Positions 46,215-56,043 of a stretch of DNA of 64,000 nt are shown here, piece after piece. The notes below the pieces were generated by a model. That model ran no database searches, had not been told where the DNA came from, and was given only the letters and a program-made list of their open reading frames with translations. The position numbers and the translations under genes are program-made. The stretch is from Myxococcota bacterium (GTDB lineage Bacteria; Myxococcota_A; UBA796; CAJQPC01), in the NCBI GenBank assembly GCA_036229005.1, contig JAZAMN010000071.1, positions 32,001 through 96,000 on the forward strand. Direction: 5' to 3'. The stretch's first letter is position 1. The number at the start of each line of letters is the position of its first letter.

Positions 46215-47369
46215 CTACGCGGCTTCGGGAGCGGGCGTGGCGTCGCCCTTGGCCTTCTTGGCCTTCATCGCGAGCATGACGATGCCCACGATGCCGCCGA
46301 TGCCGACCAGCAGGAGCAGGACGCCCAGCAGGGGGCGGGCCACGATCCAGGCCAGCGCGATGACGAAGAAGGTCACGACCACCGCCAGCAGGAAGCTGAG
46401 CAGGCCGATGCCGCCCTCCAGGATGCCGCCCACCAGGGGGATGCGGTCGGCGATGACCTTGAGGGGGCCGAAGATGGCGCCGAAGCCGGCCGCGATCAGC
46501 ATGAAGCCGAAGAAGCGCAGGCCCCAGGTCATGGCGATGTTGGCGTTCTTCGCGTCCTCGAACATCTGCTCGGCGGACTTGAGGGTGGGGGTGACCATCA
46601 GCAGGGCGTCGCCGGCCTGGGTCTGGTAGGGCGCGAAGCCCGAGCCCACCTGCTTGCCGACGATGCTCATGGGGCCGACCGGGACCACCTCGAAGGTGAT
46701 GCGGACGTCGCCCACACTGGGGTTGCTGGGGTCCGCGCCGATGTAGATGCGGCCCTGGTGCTCCTTGGCGGCGCCCCCGGAGAGGGCGGCCTGCTCAGCG
46801 GACACGGGAAGCTGCTCGAAGTTGCTGAGCTTGGAGATCTCGTCGTCGTCCAGGGTGAAGGCGCCCAGGGAGCCCTGGGTGACCTGGTACTCCTTGCCCT
46901 CGTAGGGGATCGACGAGGGGTTGAGGTGCCCGCTGATCTCCTCGAAGTCGTCGGAGTCGTGCAGGCTGCTGTCCCAGCGCTTCTCGTAGGTGAAGGTGGT
47001 GATCTTCTTGTCGTTCTCAGTGCGCGTGGACTCGTTCTCCACCCACTGGTACATCTCCACCTCGCGGCGCATGCGGAAGCCCTGCGCCATGATCTGGAAC
47101 TCGCTGTCGCGCAAGGTCTCCGCGGTGGTGGCCTCGCCGCTGGTGTGGACCAGCTTGCCGTCGAGCTTGCCGTCCACGGACGCGGACTCCACGGAGACCA
47201 CCGTGCCGGCGCCCTCTTCCAGGCTCTTGGCGGTCTGGACCGAGCGGCACTCGTTCCAGAACAGCATCAGCGGTGCGAGCATCAGCAGGCCAAAGCCAGT
47301 GGCGACGCGCTTGATGGACTCCTTGAGGGTCCCGAAGAACCCCAGGTGCGTGACTTTTTCGACGGCCAT
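46215..47369 (-). CDS. TMEM43 (DUF1625/LUMA) family membrane protein
   Basis: LFWNE.R; GKLVH.SG; R.VEMYQW.E; Y.K.W; F....GH.NP; P.VGDVRI.F; TW.LR; C-terminal TMs. Confidence 0.88.
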   Translation of the reverse strand: MAVEKVTHLGFFGTLKESIKRVATGFGLLMLAPLMLFWNECRSVQTAKSLEEGAGTVVSVESASVDGKLDGKLVHTSGEATTAETLRDSEFQIMAQGFRMRREVEMYQWVENESTRTENDKKITTFTYEKRWDSSLHDSDDFEEISGHLNPSSIPYEGKEYQVTQGSLGAFTLDDDEISKLSNFEQLPVSAEQAALSGGAAKEHQGRIYIGADPSNPSVGDVRITFEVVPVGPMSIVGKQVGSGFAPYQTQAGDALLMVTPTLKSAEQMFEDAKNANIAMTWGLRFFGFMLIAAGFGAIFGPLKVIADRIPLVGGILEGGIGLLSFLLAVVVTFFVIALAWIVARPLLGVLLLLVGIGGIVGIVMLAMKAKKAKGDATPAPEAA

Positions 47370-47494
47370 GGACAGCCCTCCTGAAAGGCGCGACTGTCCG
47401 CAACTATCGCGGGCCGACGCCGGTGCACCCGCCTGATAGCGCAGCGGGGGCTGTCATGCACCTGTCTCGGCCCGTCTCGGGGTTTCGCCCCAGG

Positions 47495-47971
47495 CTATTC
47501 GGCGTCCGTCCCGTCCTGACGGAGCTTGATGTTGGGCACCGTCGCGGTCTGGTCCGCGGTCACGGTCACCATCACGGGGCTGCCCGCCTCCAGGGCCACG
47601 CCGCGGGGATCGCCGTCGCCGGGCGCCGCGTCGCTGTCGCTGCCCGCATCCACCCAGGCGCCCACGTAGTAGTCGCCGGGCTCCAGGCTCAGGGTGAAGG
47701 GCTGGTTGTCCGGGAAGCTGGGGACCGGGACGACCTCCTTGCTGACCACGTTCGCGAACACCTCGGGGGCGCTGGCGGCGACGATGATCAGGGGGCCGAC
47801 GGGGGGCTTGACCGGGAACTCGATCTCGCCGGTGATCTGCCCCTGTTGGGACTGGGTGTCGTCCGTCCCGCTGTCATCCGTCGTCTCGGTGTCGTCCGAG
47901 GTGGTGTCGCCGCCCTTCTTGCAGGCGGTCAGAGAGAGTGCGAGTCCGAGCAGCAGGGTCCAGCGGGACAT
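47495..47971 (-). CDS. Hypothetical lipoprotein
   Basis: GGAGG RBS; LSLTAC lipobox; F.L.LEPGDYYV.A..D. Confidence 0.7.
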   Translation of the reverse strand: MSRWTLLLGLALSLTACKKGGDTTSDDTETTDDSGTDDTQSQQGQITGEIEFPVKPPVGPLIIVAASAPEVFANVVSKEVVPVPSFPDNQPFTLSLEPGDYYVGAWVDAGSDSDAAPGDGDPRGVALEAGSPVMVTVTADQTATVPNIKLRQDGTDAE

Positions 47972-48031
47972 GATTCCTCCAGGTGGCCGGATCCTAGCCC
48001 CACTTCCAGGGCCCCCGCCACCGCCAGTTGC

Positions 48032-49378
48032 TCAATCCATGTAGCCGGCCGCCCGCAGCGCCTCCAAGAGGGCAGGATCGACCTCCCCTGTGGGCACGCC
48101 GCTGGCCTGCACGGCCTGCACGAAGGGCTCCAGGTGGGGATCGGGCGGGGAGGAGGAGAGCGGTCCCCCGCGCGCCCCCGTGGTCCACCCCTGCTCATCG
48201 GACCACAGCACCTTCTGGTCTGCACTCCAGCCCGCCGCCGAGGTGCGGGTGAACCAGCGCTCCTCAGCCCACTCGGCGCGCTGGGCGTGGGGATAGGCCG
48301 CCGCGCGGGTGGGCGGCAGGGGGTCCGGGAGCGCGCCATCCAGCACCAGCCCGTGGGCGGCCAGCGCGGAGACGGGCGTGGGGAAGGGGCCGCCCTGGTT
48401 GGCCATCAGGAAGACGCGGTTGTTGGGCTCGCCCAGGTAGTGGCCATGGTCGATCAGGTCGTCTTCGCCCAGGTATTCGCCGTGGTCGGAGGTGATGACC
48501 AGGCGGCTGCCCGGCCCCAGGCGGTTCCAGGCGCTCAGCTTCCCGATGACCTCGCCGAGGGCCTGATCCGCGCGGTGCACGCCGTAGTCGTATAGGTCCG
48601 AGAGGTGGGCCAGGAAGTCCTGGCGGGCCACAGAGCCCATCCTCCCCCCCAGGAAGTCGGCCCAGAGGGTGCCCTCGCTCCAGTCCAGGCCGGGCCGCGC
48701 GGGGACCCAGCCCACGCCTTCGGGGATGGCGGTCCAGGGGACGTGGGCGTCGGCGATGTTGACGAACACAAAGAGGGGGCGATCGGCGTGGGAGGCGCTC
48801 TCCAGGCCGTGCTGGAGCTGGCGCACGAGATCCTGGCCGTACCAGCTCCCGAAGCGCCCGGGGGCGCGCTGGTGGTCGAAGCCACGGGTGAGCCCGGAGG
48901 CCTCGGAGACCACGGGATTGCCGCTGACGGAGAGGGTGTCGTAGCCGCGGGCGGAGAAGGCCTCGGCCAGGGTCTGGGGCTCGGGGCCCAGGGGGCGCAC
49001 CTGCTCGGAGGTGTTGTGGCCCAGCACCTCGCCGCCCTGGGCCAGGCTGTGGGCGCCGTGCTCGGGGACCTCCAGGCCGGTGAAGTAGGAGGCGTGGGAG
49101 GGCAGGGTCCAGGAGCCGGGGGCGTAGGCATCGCAGGAGAGCGGGTGGTCGGCCGCCAGGGCCTCGAGCACGGGGGTGGTCGGGCGCTCGTAGCCGCAGG
49201 CGCTCATGCGGTCCGCGCGCACGGTGTCCAGGACGATGAACACGACGGTGTCATCGGCGGGGGTGGCGGGGGCCTTGAGCAGCCGCACCGGGTCGATCCA
49301 GGCCTTCTGCCACGCGATGGTGCACAGGCCGGTAGACAGCAGCGCGGCGAGCAGGCCGCTGCGGAGGCGGGGGCTCAC
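48032..49378 (-). CDS. Sulfatase-like hydrolase/transferase
   Basis: FIVLDTVRAD, YER.TTP, SWTLPSHAS.FTG, H.P, LYD..V...D, ITSDHGE, DHG; GTGA overlap. Confidence 0.85.
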   Translation of the reverse strand: MSPRLRSGLLAALLSTGLCTIAWQKAWIDPVRLLKAPATPADDTVVFIVLDTVRADRMSACGYERPTTPVLEALAADHPLSCDAYAPGSWTLPSHASYFTGLEVPEHGAHSLAQGGEVLGHNTSEQVRPLGPEPQTLAEAFSARGYDTLSVSGNPVVSEASGLTRGFDHQRAPGRFGSWYGQDLVRQLQHGLESASHADRPLFVFVNIADAHVPWTAIPEGVGWVPARPGLDWSEGTLWADFLGGRMGSVARQDFLAHLSDLYDYGVHRADQALGEVIGKLSAWNRLGPGSRLVITSDHGEYLGEDDLIDHGHYLGEPNNRVFLMANQGGPFPTPVSALAAHGLVLDGALPDPLPPTRAAAYPHAQRAEWAEERWFTRTSAAGWSADQKVLWSDEQGWTTGARGGPLSSSPPDPHLEPFVQAVQASGVPTGEVDPALLEALRAAGYMD

Positions 49379-50466
49379 TCGGAGGGCACCACGGTCACGC
49401 GGATCACCTGGGCGGGGCTGGGGGCCTGGTCGTCCTCCACCTTGCGCACGGCGGACTCGTCGTCGGCGGCGCCGCTGTTGCCGGAGGCCTGTCGGGGGGC
49501 CTGGTCGGGGCCCTTGCCCAGGGGCTGGTCGACCTCTGTGCCCAGGTTCCACAGCAGGAGCTGGTCCTGGATCTCGCCGCTGATGGGGGTGCCGTCGTCC
49601 TCAAAGAGCGGGACGCCGCCGTCGCCATGGCCGATGAACAGGTCGTTGGACTGGGCCAGCATGGTGGCGAAGTGCAGGACCTCTCCGGTGCTGGCCTCCA
49701 GGGTGAAGGTGGTCTGGGAGCCCGGCAGCAGCGGCTCGTAGCCCCCACCCTCCTGGTCCGCGAACACGCTGCCGTCGTGCACGCGCTCGGCCGCGCTGGC
49801 CAGGATGGGGAGGGGATCGCCGTCCTCGGCCAGCGCCTCCATGCCCATGCCCTCGTCGGGCTCGCCATCGATCCAGAGCACCGAGGGCTCCAGCGACGAG
49901 GCCGCATAGCCAGCCCCCGCCACGTGGGTCACGCCGACCAGGGCCTCCAGGGCGCTCTCGGCGGCCGCCACATCTCCGGCCACCAGGCTCTGCAGCCACG
50001 CGGCCGGCTCGCTGCCGTCCAGCGCCGCGCCGTCCCCGATGTGGTGGGCGATCCCGTAGAGCTGCAGGGTCTCGCCCCCGCTGATCGAGAAGCCCACACC
50101 CTCGGCCTGGGAGTTGACCTGCGCCGAGGACTTGGCCGCCCGGAGCTGGATCAGCCCCTCGACCACCCGCAGCTCCTTGAGCTCCACGGCGCCCGGGGCG
50201 ATCGCGGCGCGGCTCTCGTCCCAGCAGGTGACGGGCGCGCTGGCCAGCACATCGCCCTCGTCGGTCACCGCGATCAGGGTGAGCTCCGAGTCCACGGGCA
50301 CGTCCACGGCGTCATCCCCAGGCAGCGCCGCGTCGATGTAGGGGTAGGCCACCCCCACGTTCTCCACCGTGATGGTGAAGGTGACGAGCTCACCGGCGAT
50401 GCCGGAGTCCAGGGGCTCACCGTCTTTGTTGCAGGCGAGCAGGGAGAGGAGCAGCAGGGAGTTCAT
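49375..50466 (-). CDS. Spondin-domain lipoprotein
   Basis: LSLLAC lipobox; F.ITVEN; MEALAEDGD; FATMLAQSNDLF; LWN.GTEVDQ..G.GPDQAPRQ. Confidence 0.8.
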   Translation of the reverse strand: MNSLLLLSLLACNKDGEPLDSGIAGELVTFTITVENVGVAYPYIDAALPGDDAVDVPVDSELTLIAVTDEGDVLASAPVTCWDESRAAIAPGAVELKELRVVEGLIQLRAAKSSAQVNSQAEGVGFSISGGETLQLYGIAHHIGDGAALDGSEPAAWLQSLVAGDVAAAESALEALVGVTHVAGAGYAASSLEPSVLWIDGEPDEGMGMEALAEDGDPLPILASAAERVHDGSVFADQEGGGYEPLLPGSQTTFTLEASTGEVLHFATMLAQSNDLFIGHGDGGVPLFEDDGTPISGEIQDQLLLWNLGTEVDQPLGKGPDQAPRQASGNSGAADDESAVRKVEDDQAPSPAQVIRVTVVPSE

Positions 50467-50548
50467 GGGCGGAGTCTACCTGAGTGGGAGGGTGGCCTTG
50501 CCTGGATGCTGACGGGCCTCCGCGGTCGCTCACACGGCGCAAAGGCGG

Positions 50549-50827
50549 GCTCTGGCCGAGCTACGGGCGCTCAATGCACGCTCTGGCCGAGCTACGGGTG
50601 CTCAATGCACGCTCTCGCCGAGCTACGGGCGCTCAATGCGCGCTCTGGCCGAGCTACGGCCGCTCAATGCACGCAGATGGCCCCAATCTGGCCCGATTCA
50701 GGCCCCAAAAGGCGCACTGACAGCCCCAAGCTCCAGGATCCCGCGCACTGACACCCCGTAGCTCCGCAAAGCCGCGCACTCACAGCCCCTAGCTCCGCAA
50801 AGCCGCGCACTCACACCCCGTAGCTCC
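50549..50827. repeat. Inverted-array element 1: 4 x 31-bp repeats, spacer, 4 x 31-bp inverted related repeats
   Basis: GAGCTACGG at 50558/50589/50620/50651; GCGCACT at 50712/50743/50774/50805; right-arm units contain TAGCTC, the reverse complement of GAGCTA. Confidence 0.9.
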
Positions 50828-50829
50828 TC

Positions 50830-52023
50830 TCAGCGCGCCACCGCCTCCACCGCCGCCAGCACGTCCTTGGCCGGCACGACCTCCTTGAAGGCCACGACCT
50901 GCCCGGAGAAGGCGCCCAGCCCCTCCTTGGCGCCCTCCATCTTGGTGGACACCGCCAGCACCAGGTTGCCCGGCCCGTGCTTGGCCACCGCCTGCAGGTG
51001 CTTCTTCAACCACGCCTTGCGCCAGAAGCCCAGGATCTCCAGGTGCGCCACGCGCCCATCCTTGGAGAGCCGGTAGCTCGGCGCCAGCACGGCCTGCCCG
51101 CCCAAATGCACCAGCTCCACGCTGCGCTCCAGGGTCCAGTCGCTGCCCAGCCGCTCCCAGCGCTCCTCGAACCACTGCTCGGTGCGCGTCCGGTAGCCGC
51201 CCTGATCGCGGTAGTGGGACACCAGCCCAAGCTCGCTGGACAGGGTCATGGTCTTGCGCAGCCGCCGCGTGCCCCAGCGCAGCATGGCCGTGGCCTCCCA
51301 GTCGCCGGGCTGAAGCAGCAGCGCCGGGAAGAAGTTCGCCAGCGCCATCCCATAGCGCGTGGACTGCCGCAGCAGGCTGGTCGGGCCGTCCAGGGTGAGC
51401 CTCAGATCCCCCTTGTCCATCTTGGCGCGGTGCATGAGCTGGTGGAACCGCACCGCCCGCAGAAGCTGCCGGACCCGCTCGGGCGCCGGCTTGCTCAGGA
51501 TCAGCTCCATCGACTCGCAGCGCAGCAGGCAGGCCTGGACCAGCGCCACGTTGTAGCGGTGCAGCAGCCAGTCCGCGTCCGGGACCTTGAGCGACAGGAT
51601 CTGCTGCTCCTCCTTGCGGTCGGCAAAGAGGGAGGAGCGGATCTCAGCCACCGAGCACCCCAGCTCACCGGCCAACTCCTCGTATGCCCGCGCAGCCTCA
51701 GCACGTCCTGGCGCCTGCGAGGTGCGGCTGAACAGCTTGCTCCGCAGCTCCTTGGGATCCAGCGGCGCCTGGGTCGCGAACTCAGCGCGGTCCTCCAGGA
51801 TGCGCGCCAGCCCGCGGGTCAGCTTGTGGTCCGTCCCATCGCCGATGACCTCGCCCACCGCATCGTCCAGCTCACCGCGCGAGAGGCTCTGGGCCACCCC
51901 GCGCTCGTAGAGCTCCAAGAGCTCCTGGGCGCGCTCCTGCAGCGAGGGCTTGTCCGCCTTGATCAAGCTGGGGGACAGGTCCTTCTGTTGGACGCGGACA
52001 CGGAGGAGGTCGCCGGTGAGCAT
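50830..52023 (-). CDS. DUF790 family protein (Bax1-like predicted endonuclease)
   Basis: MLT.DLL; KL.RGL..ILE; LL.RYN.AL.Q; LDGP.SL....TRYG..LA.F.PAL; E..F...W; LEILGFW. Confidence 0.85.
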   Translation of the reverse strand: MLTGDLLRVRVQQKDLSPSLIKADKPSLQERAQELLELYERGVAQSLSRGELDDAVGEVIGDGTDHKLTRGLARILEDRAEFATQAPLDPKELRSKLFSRTSQAPGRAEAARAYEELAGELGCSVAEIRSSLFADRKEEQQILSLKVPDADWLLHRYNVALVQACLLRCESMELILSKPAPERVRQLLRAVRFHQLMHRAKMDKGDLRLTLDGPTSLLRQSTRYGMALANFFPALLLQPGDWEATAMLRWGTRRLRKTMTLSSELGLVSHYRDQGGYRTRTEQWFEERWERLGSDWTLERSVELVHLGGQAVLAPSYRLSKDGRVAHLEILGFWRKAWLKKHLQAVAKHGPGNLVLAVSTKMEGAKEGLGAFSGQVVAFKEVVPAKDVLAAVEAVAR

Positions 52024-52041
52024 GGGGTGGGGCTATCCGAT

Positions 52042-52650
52042 TCAGGAGCGGCCAACCCGGTCCATGCCCAGCCGCCGCTGCAGCCCGTCGGGCACTGTGT
52101 ACGCCCGCTCCGGCGGCAGCAGCCGCTTGGCCTCCTTGTGCTTGCCCGCATCGCGCAGCGCCCGGATCTTGCGCACCGTCGGCGTCAGATCCCGCAGGTC
52201 CACGATCCAGTCCTCCACCAGGTCGTGGATGCGGTGCCGGCTGATCCCCACCTGGATGCTGCGGTGGGACAGCTTGGCCCCCGCCAGGCTGCGCTCGGGG
52301 TCCCACTGCACGTGCACCGTCGCCTGCGAGAAGGCCTGCTCCCAGGCCGTCCGCGTGCCGTGCACCTGGGGCTCGAAGGCCGTCAGCACCGCCTCGGACA
52401 GCGCCTGCTCCCACCCACTGCGCCGCAGCCGCAGCGCCAGGATGCGCTCCTGCCCCCGCTTGGTCCCCCAGTTGGAGCGGGCCATCAGCCACAGGAAGCT
52501 CGGCTTGATCCAGGTCATCCGCGTCATCGAGAAGGGCGGCACAAAGCGCCCCGCCGCCAGCGCCGGATCCGCGATGGCGTCGGAGTAGGCCTGGTAGACG
52601 ACCAGGGTGTCGCGGGTGTGGTCGGCGCGGATGGCGCGGTGGGCGGGCAT
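52042..52650 (-). CDS. DUF4291 family protein
   Basis: IRA......VYQAY...[37 protein letters not shown]. Confidence 0.9.
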   Translation of the reverse strand: MPAHRAIRADHTRDTLVVYQAYSDAIADPALAAGRFVPPFSMTRMTWIKPSFLWLMARSNWGTKRGQERILALRLRRSGWEQALSEAVLTAFEPQVHGTRTAWEQAFSQATVHVQWDPERSLAGAKLSHRSIQVGISRHRIHDLVEDWIVDLRDLTPTVRKIRALRDAGKHKEAKRLLPPERAYTVPDGLQRRLGMDRVGRS

Positions 52651-52702
52651 GCGGGGTGTGTAGGCACGGGGGACGGGGCGGCTACCGCTCTTCCCGCATC
52701 GA

Positions 52703-54328
52703 TCACTCCGGGACGCAGCCAGGGTAGATCACAGCTTGGTCGGCGGGTTGGTCCAGGCAGGCGTTCCGCTCTACGAGCAGATCGGTCGGCGGCCCCCCAA
52801 CAGCATCCGACCAGTGCCCATAGACGAACCCGCTCGCCCCTCCCTCACACTCCCTGGCCGTGTTGAAGGTCGCGACGGAATCCCAGCCATCCTCAGACAC
52901 CCCAAGCTCGGGGTAGCTCCAGGCCTCAGCAGCCCCGAAGCCGCCGGAAGACCCCCGAAAGAGAGTGAGCTCCCCCAGCGGGGACGCGACGCACTGATTC
53001 ACCGTCACCATGATGTCGGTCGCGCCGTCCCCGGTGAAGTCCCTCAGGGTGTAGCTGAACCGGCCCGTGCTGCCGTCCAGGCAGGAATGCGCCGTCCCCC
53101 GGTTCGGGTAGATCCAGGGCGTGGCGCTCGGGCTGGCGCCCACATCGGGCATCGTCCAGTCCACCGCGCTTCCGTAGCCGCTGCCGGTCCCGGGGTAGAC
53201 GCGGACCTCGGCGGAGTCCAAACCGGAGCAGGTGTTCTTGGCCACCACCAGATCGACGATCCCGTCTGCGGTCACATCCTCACTCAGGATGCACCGGGCG
53301 GATCCCTCTACACCTGACTCACAGGTCCCCGAGGATGGACAGCTCCAGTAGCCGCGCTGGTGCTGAAAGGACAGCGACGGCATCGCCCAGTCCTGCCCCG
53401 TCGAGAAGCCGCTGCCGCTCCCGACGAAGACCCGGATCGAGTCCTCGCCCAGAGTCCCGCAGTCGTTCCGACTGACCCGGATGTCCGGGATCCCGTCCCC
53501 CGTGAGGTCCAGCACCTCGTAATCGACCGTCCCCTGCTCGCCGGAGTCGCACACGAAGCCGAGTGCGGAGAGCTGCTCACCCAGGCTGTTCCAGGGCGTT
53601 CCATCCACACCGAGGTCCGGCATCGCCCAGGTCTCCGCCGAGCCGAAGCCGGAGCCGTCCCCCGGATACACACGGATGGCGTCCTCACCGACCGGGTCAC
53701 AGCCGTTCTCGGTGACCACAAAGTCCAGCACGCCGTCCCCGGTCAGGTCGACGAAGCCATAGCTCAGCACACCGCTCCCGCCGGACAAGCAGCTCCACTC
53801 GATGGTCTCCTGGCCGACGGACCACTTCCACTCGACCCTTTGATGCGGGATGGCCCAGGTCTCCCGGGCCCCAAACGCCCCATCCGACTGTCGGTAGACG
53901 AACAGTCCATCCTCCGGCACCGGGTCGCAACTGTTCTCCTCCACAACCAGCTCCACAGCCCCGTCTGCGTCCAGGTCCAGCCAGTCCAACCGAACGTACC
54001 CGGAGCTTCCCGAGGCACACTCCACGAACCCACCCTCCGAGCTCCAGGCCACGGCCCCGGAAGCCAACCCGAGCTCCGGCAGATCGAGCTCGATCCGCTC
54101 CCCGGTGAACCCCAACTCCGTGCACTCGACATCGGTGTCCGCGTCGGTATCGGTGTCGCTGTCACTGTCGCCGTCTGCGTCTCCATCCCCATCGGAGTCG
54201 GCGTCACTGTCTGTGTCCGCGTCCCCCTCCTCAACCCGGCCATCTGCCGAGTCCTCCTCGCCGGCACCAAGCGAGCCGCCCGACCAGATCCGGCAAGCAG
54301 CGAGCAGAAGAAGCAGATGAAGCGACAC
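52703..54328 (-). CDS. Lipoprotein with FG-GAP/VCBS-like beta-propeller repeats, Cys-rich
   Basis: LLAAC lipobox; DADTDSD linker; about 5-6 units of DLTGDG..D..V..N.C......VY.G.GSGFG....W.MP; visibly less GC3-biased than its neighbours. Confidence 0.78.
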   Translation of the reverse strand: MSLHLLLLLAACRIWSGGSLGAGEEDSADGRVEEGDADTDSDADSDGDGDADGDSDSDTDTDADTDVECTELGFTGERIELDLPELGLASGAVAWSSEGGFVECASGSSGYVRLDWLDLDADGAVELVVEENSCDPVPEDGLFVYRQSDGAFGARETWAIPHQRVEWKWSVGQETIEWSCLSGGSGVLSYGFVDLTGDGVLDFVVTENGCDPVGEDAIRVYPGDGSGFGSAETWAMPDLGVDGTPWNSLGEQLSALGFVCDSGEQGTVDYEVLDLTGDGIPDIRVSRNDCGTLGEDSIRVFVGSGSGFSTGQDWAMPSLSFQHQRGYWSCPSSGTCESGVEGSARCILSEDVTADGIVDLVVAKNTCSGLDSAEVRVYPGTGSGYGSAVDWTMPDVGASPSATPWIYPNRGTAHSCLDGSTGRFSYTLRDFTGDGATDIMVTVNQCVASPLGELTLFRGSSGGFGAAEAWSYPELGVSEDGWDSVATFNTARECEGGASGFVYGHWSDAVGGPPTDLLVERNACLDQPADQAVIYPGCVPE

Positions 54329-54357
54329 TGGACCCCCAGTCTTCGAAGTGCCTCAGT

Positions 54358-55722
54358 CTACCCCTCGCTCATCGCCTCATGCTCATTCCGCCGCTCACTG
54401 GCGCGCTCCTCGCTGGTGCCGAGCGACACCACCTCGTAGAGCACGGCCTGCTTGCCCTCCTTGGGGCGCAGGATTCGGCCCAGGCGCTGGACGTGCTCGC
54501 GGACCGTGCTGGTGCCCGACAACACCACCCCGACCTCGGCTGCGGGAATATCCACGCCCTCATTGAGCACACGGGAGGTGACCACGGCGGTGTACCTGCC
54601 CTCTCCGAAGCCCTCCAGAACCTCCCTCCTCTCCGCGGCCCCGGTCTGGTGGGTGATGCAGGGGATGCCGAAGTCGCGGCTGATGGTGTAGACGGTGGCG
54701 TTGTCGTTGGTGAACACGATGCAGCGCTGGCCCCGGTGCTCGGCCAGGATCTCGTCCAGCGCGTCGAGCTTGGCGCCGGTGGCGTGCATGAGGCGGCGGG
54801 ACTCCAGGTGGGCCTTGAAGGCGGCCCGGCCGGCCTTGGAGCGGGCGGCCTCGCGCAGGAAGTGCCCCCAGCCCGACTGGCCCCCGAGTCGGATGCCCCG
54901 CGAGGCGATGAAGCCCCGGAAGGTGGCCCGGCACTCCAGGTAGCGCTGGTGCTCCTGGTCGGTGAGGCAGACGCCGATGCGCTCGATGCGGTAGTCGGCG
55001 AGCACGCGGCCGCTCAGCTCGGAGATCGACTTCTCGTAGACGCGGGGCCCGACCAGGCGGTCCAGGCGCTCGTGCAGGCCGTCGGGGCGCTCGATGGTGG
55101 CGCTCAGCCCCAGGCGGAAGGGGGCCAGCATGAGCTCGGCGATCTGGGCATAGGCGTCGGCGGGGAGGTGGTGGACCTCGTCAAAGACGACCAGCCCGAA
55201 GCGGTCCCCGTAGCGCTCCATGTGCAGGTACGCGGAGTCGTAGGTGGAGACCGTGATGGGCCCCAGCTCGTGCTGCCCGCCACCCAGCACGCCGATGGGC
55301 CCGCCGAACGCCGCCTGCAGGTTCATCGCCCACTGGTTGACCAGGTCGATGGTCGGCGCGACCACCAGGGTCGGCCGCTGACAGGCCGCGATGCACAGCT
55401 CCGCGACGAAGGACTTGCCCGAGCCCGTAGGCAGCGAGACCACCCCGCGTCGACCCGCCTGCTGCCAGGCCTGGAGCGCCCCCGCCTGGTAGTCCCGGGG
55501 GGTCTTGGGGGTGTCGTGTGTCAGGGGCAGCGTGTCCCACCCCTTGGCCTGATCGGCGTAGCGCACCTTTGAGCGATGCAGCCCCAAGACGAGGTCATGG
55601 TAGGCCTGCGCAGGCCCTCGCAGCCGCTGCACCCGCCCGTCCCAGACGAACTCCGGCGGCGCGTCGTCGCGGGGGACGCCGTCGAGAAGGAGGGTGCCGC
55701 GGTCGAAGCGGAGGGTGATCAT
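54358..55722 (-). CDS. SF2 DEAD/DEAH helicase, XPB/Rad25-like
   Basis: PRDYQ..A; LPTGSGKS; FDEVHHL; LGLSAT.ERPDG; VLNEGVDIP; QRLGRILR; LYE.V...T.E. Confidence 0.9.
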   Translation of the reverse strand: MITLRFDRGTLLLDGVPRDDAPPEFVWDGRVQRLRGPAQAYHDLVLGLHRSKVRYADQAKGWDTLPLTHDTPKTPRDYQAGALQAWQQAGRRGVVSLPTGSGKSFVAELCIAACQRPTLVVAPTIDLVNQWAMNLQAAFGGPIGVLGGGQHELGPITVSTYDSAYLHMERYGDRFGLVVFDEVHHLPADAYAQIAELMLAPFRLGLSATIERPDGLHERLDRLVGPRVYEKSISELSGRVLADYRIERIGVCLTDQEHQRYLECRATFRGFIASRGIRLGGQSGWGHFLREAARSKAGRAAFKAHLESRRLMHATGAKLDALDEILAEHRGQRCIVFTNDNATVYTISRDFGIPCITHQTGAAERREVLEGFGEGRYTAVVTSRVLNEGVDIPAAEVGVVLSGTSTVREHVQRLGRILRPKEGKQAVLYEVVSLGTSEERASERRNEHEAMSEG

Positions 55723-55766
55723 GGACAGGAGGTAGCCGATCGACGGGGGGAGGGCAGGTCCGGAGC

Positions 55767-56043
55767 GGGCATCCGCAGGTGAACGCCCGCCATCCAGGGG
55801 CATCCCCCCCTGAACGCCCGGCTCTCGGGGGCATCCCGCCCTGAACGCCCGGCTCTCGGGGGCATCCCACCCTGAACGCCCGGAATCGGGGCCCAGAGCG
55901 CGCGCTCACCCCCAAATCCCCATCAAAACCGGGCATTCGGCCCCGAATTCCCCGAATCAGCGGGCGTTCGACCCTGGATGCCCCGAATCCGCGGGCGTTC
56001 GACCCCGGATGCCCTGAATCAGCGGGCGTTCGACCCCGGATGT
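55767..56043. repeat. Inverted-array element 2: 4 x 31-bp repeats, spacer, 4 x 31-bp inverted repeats
   Basis: TGAACGCCC at 55780/55811/55842/55873; GGGC(G/A)TTCG at 55931/55962/55993/56024; GGCATCC versus GGATGCC; last unit contains the lysR stop. Confidence 0.9.

Noticed and set aside
50549..50827. 31-bp repeats as a CRISPR array (also 55767-56043 and 59222-59486)
   Set aside because: Units are contiguous with no unique 30-40 bp spacers, occur in inverted arms, and no cas genes are present
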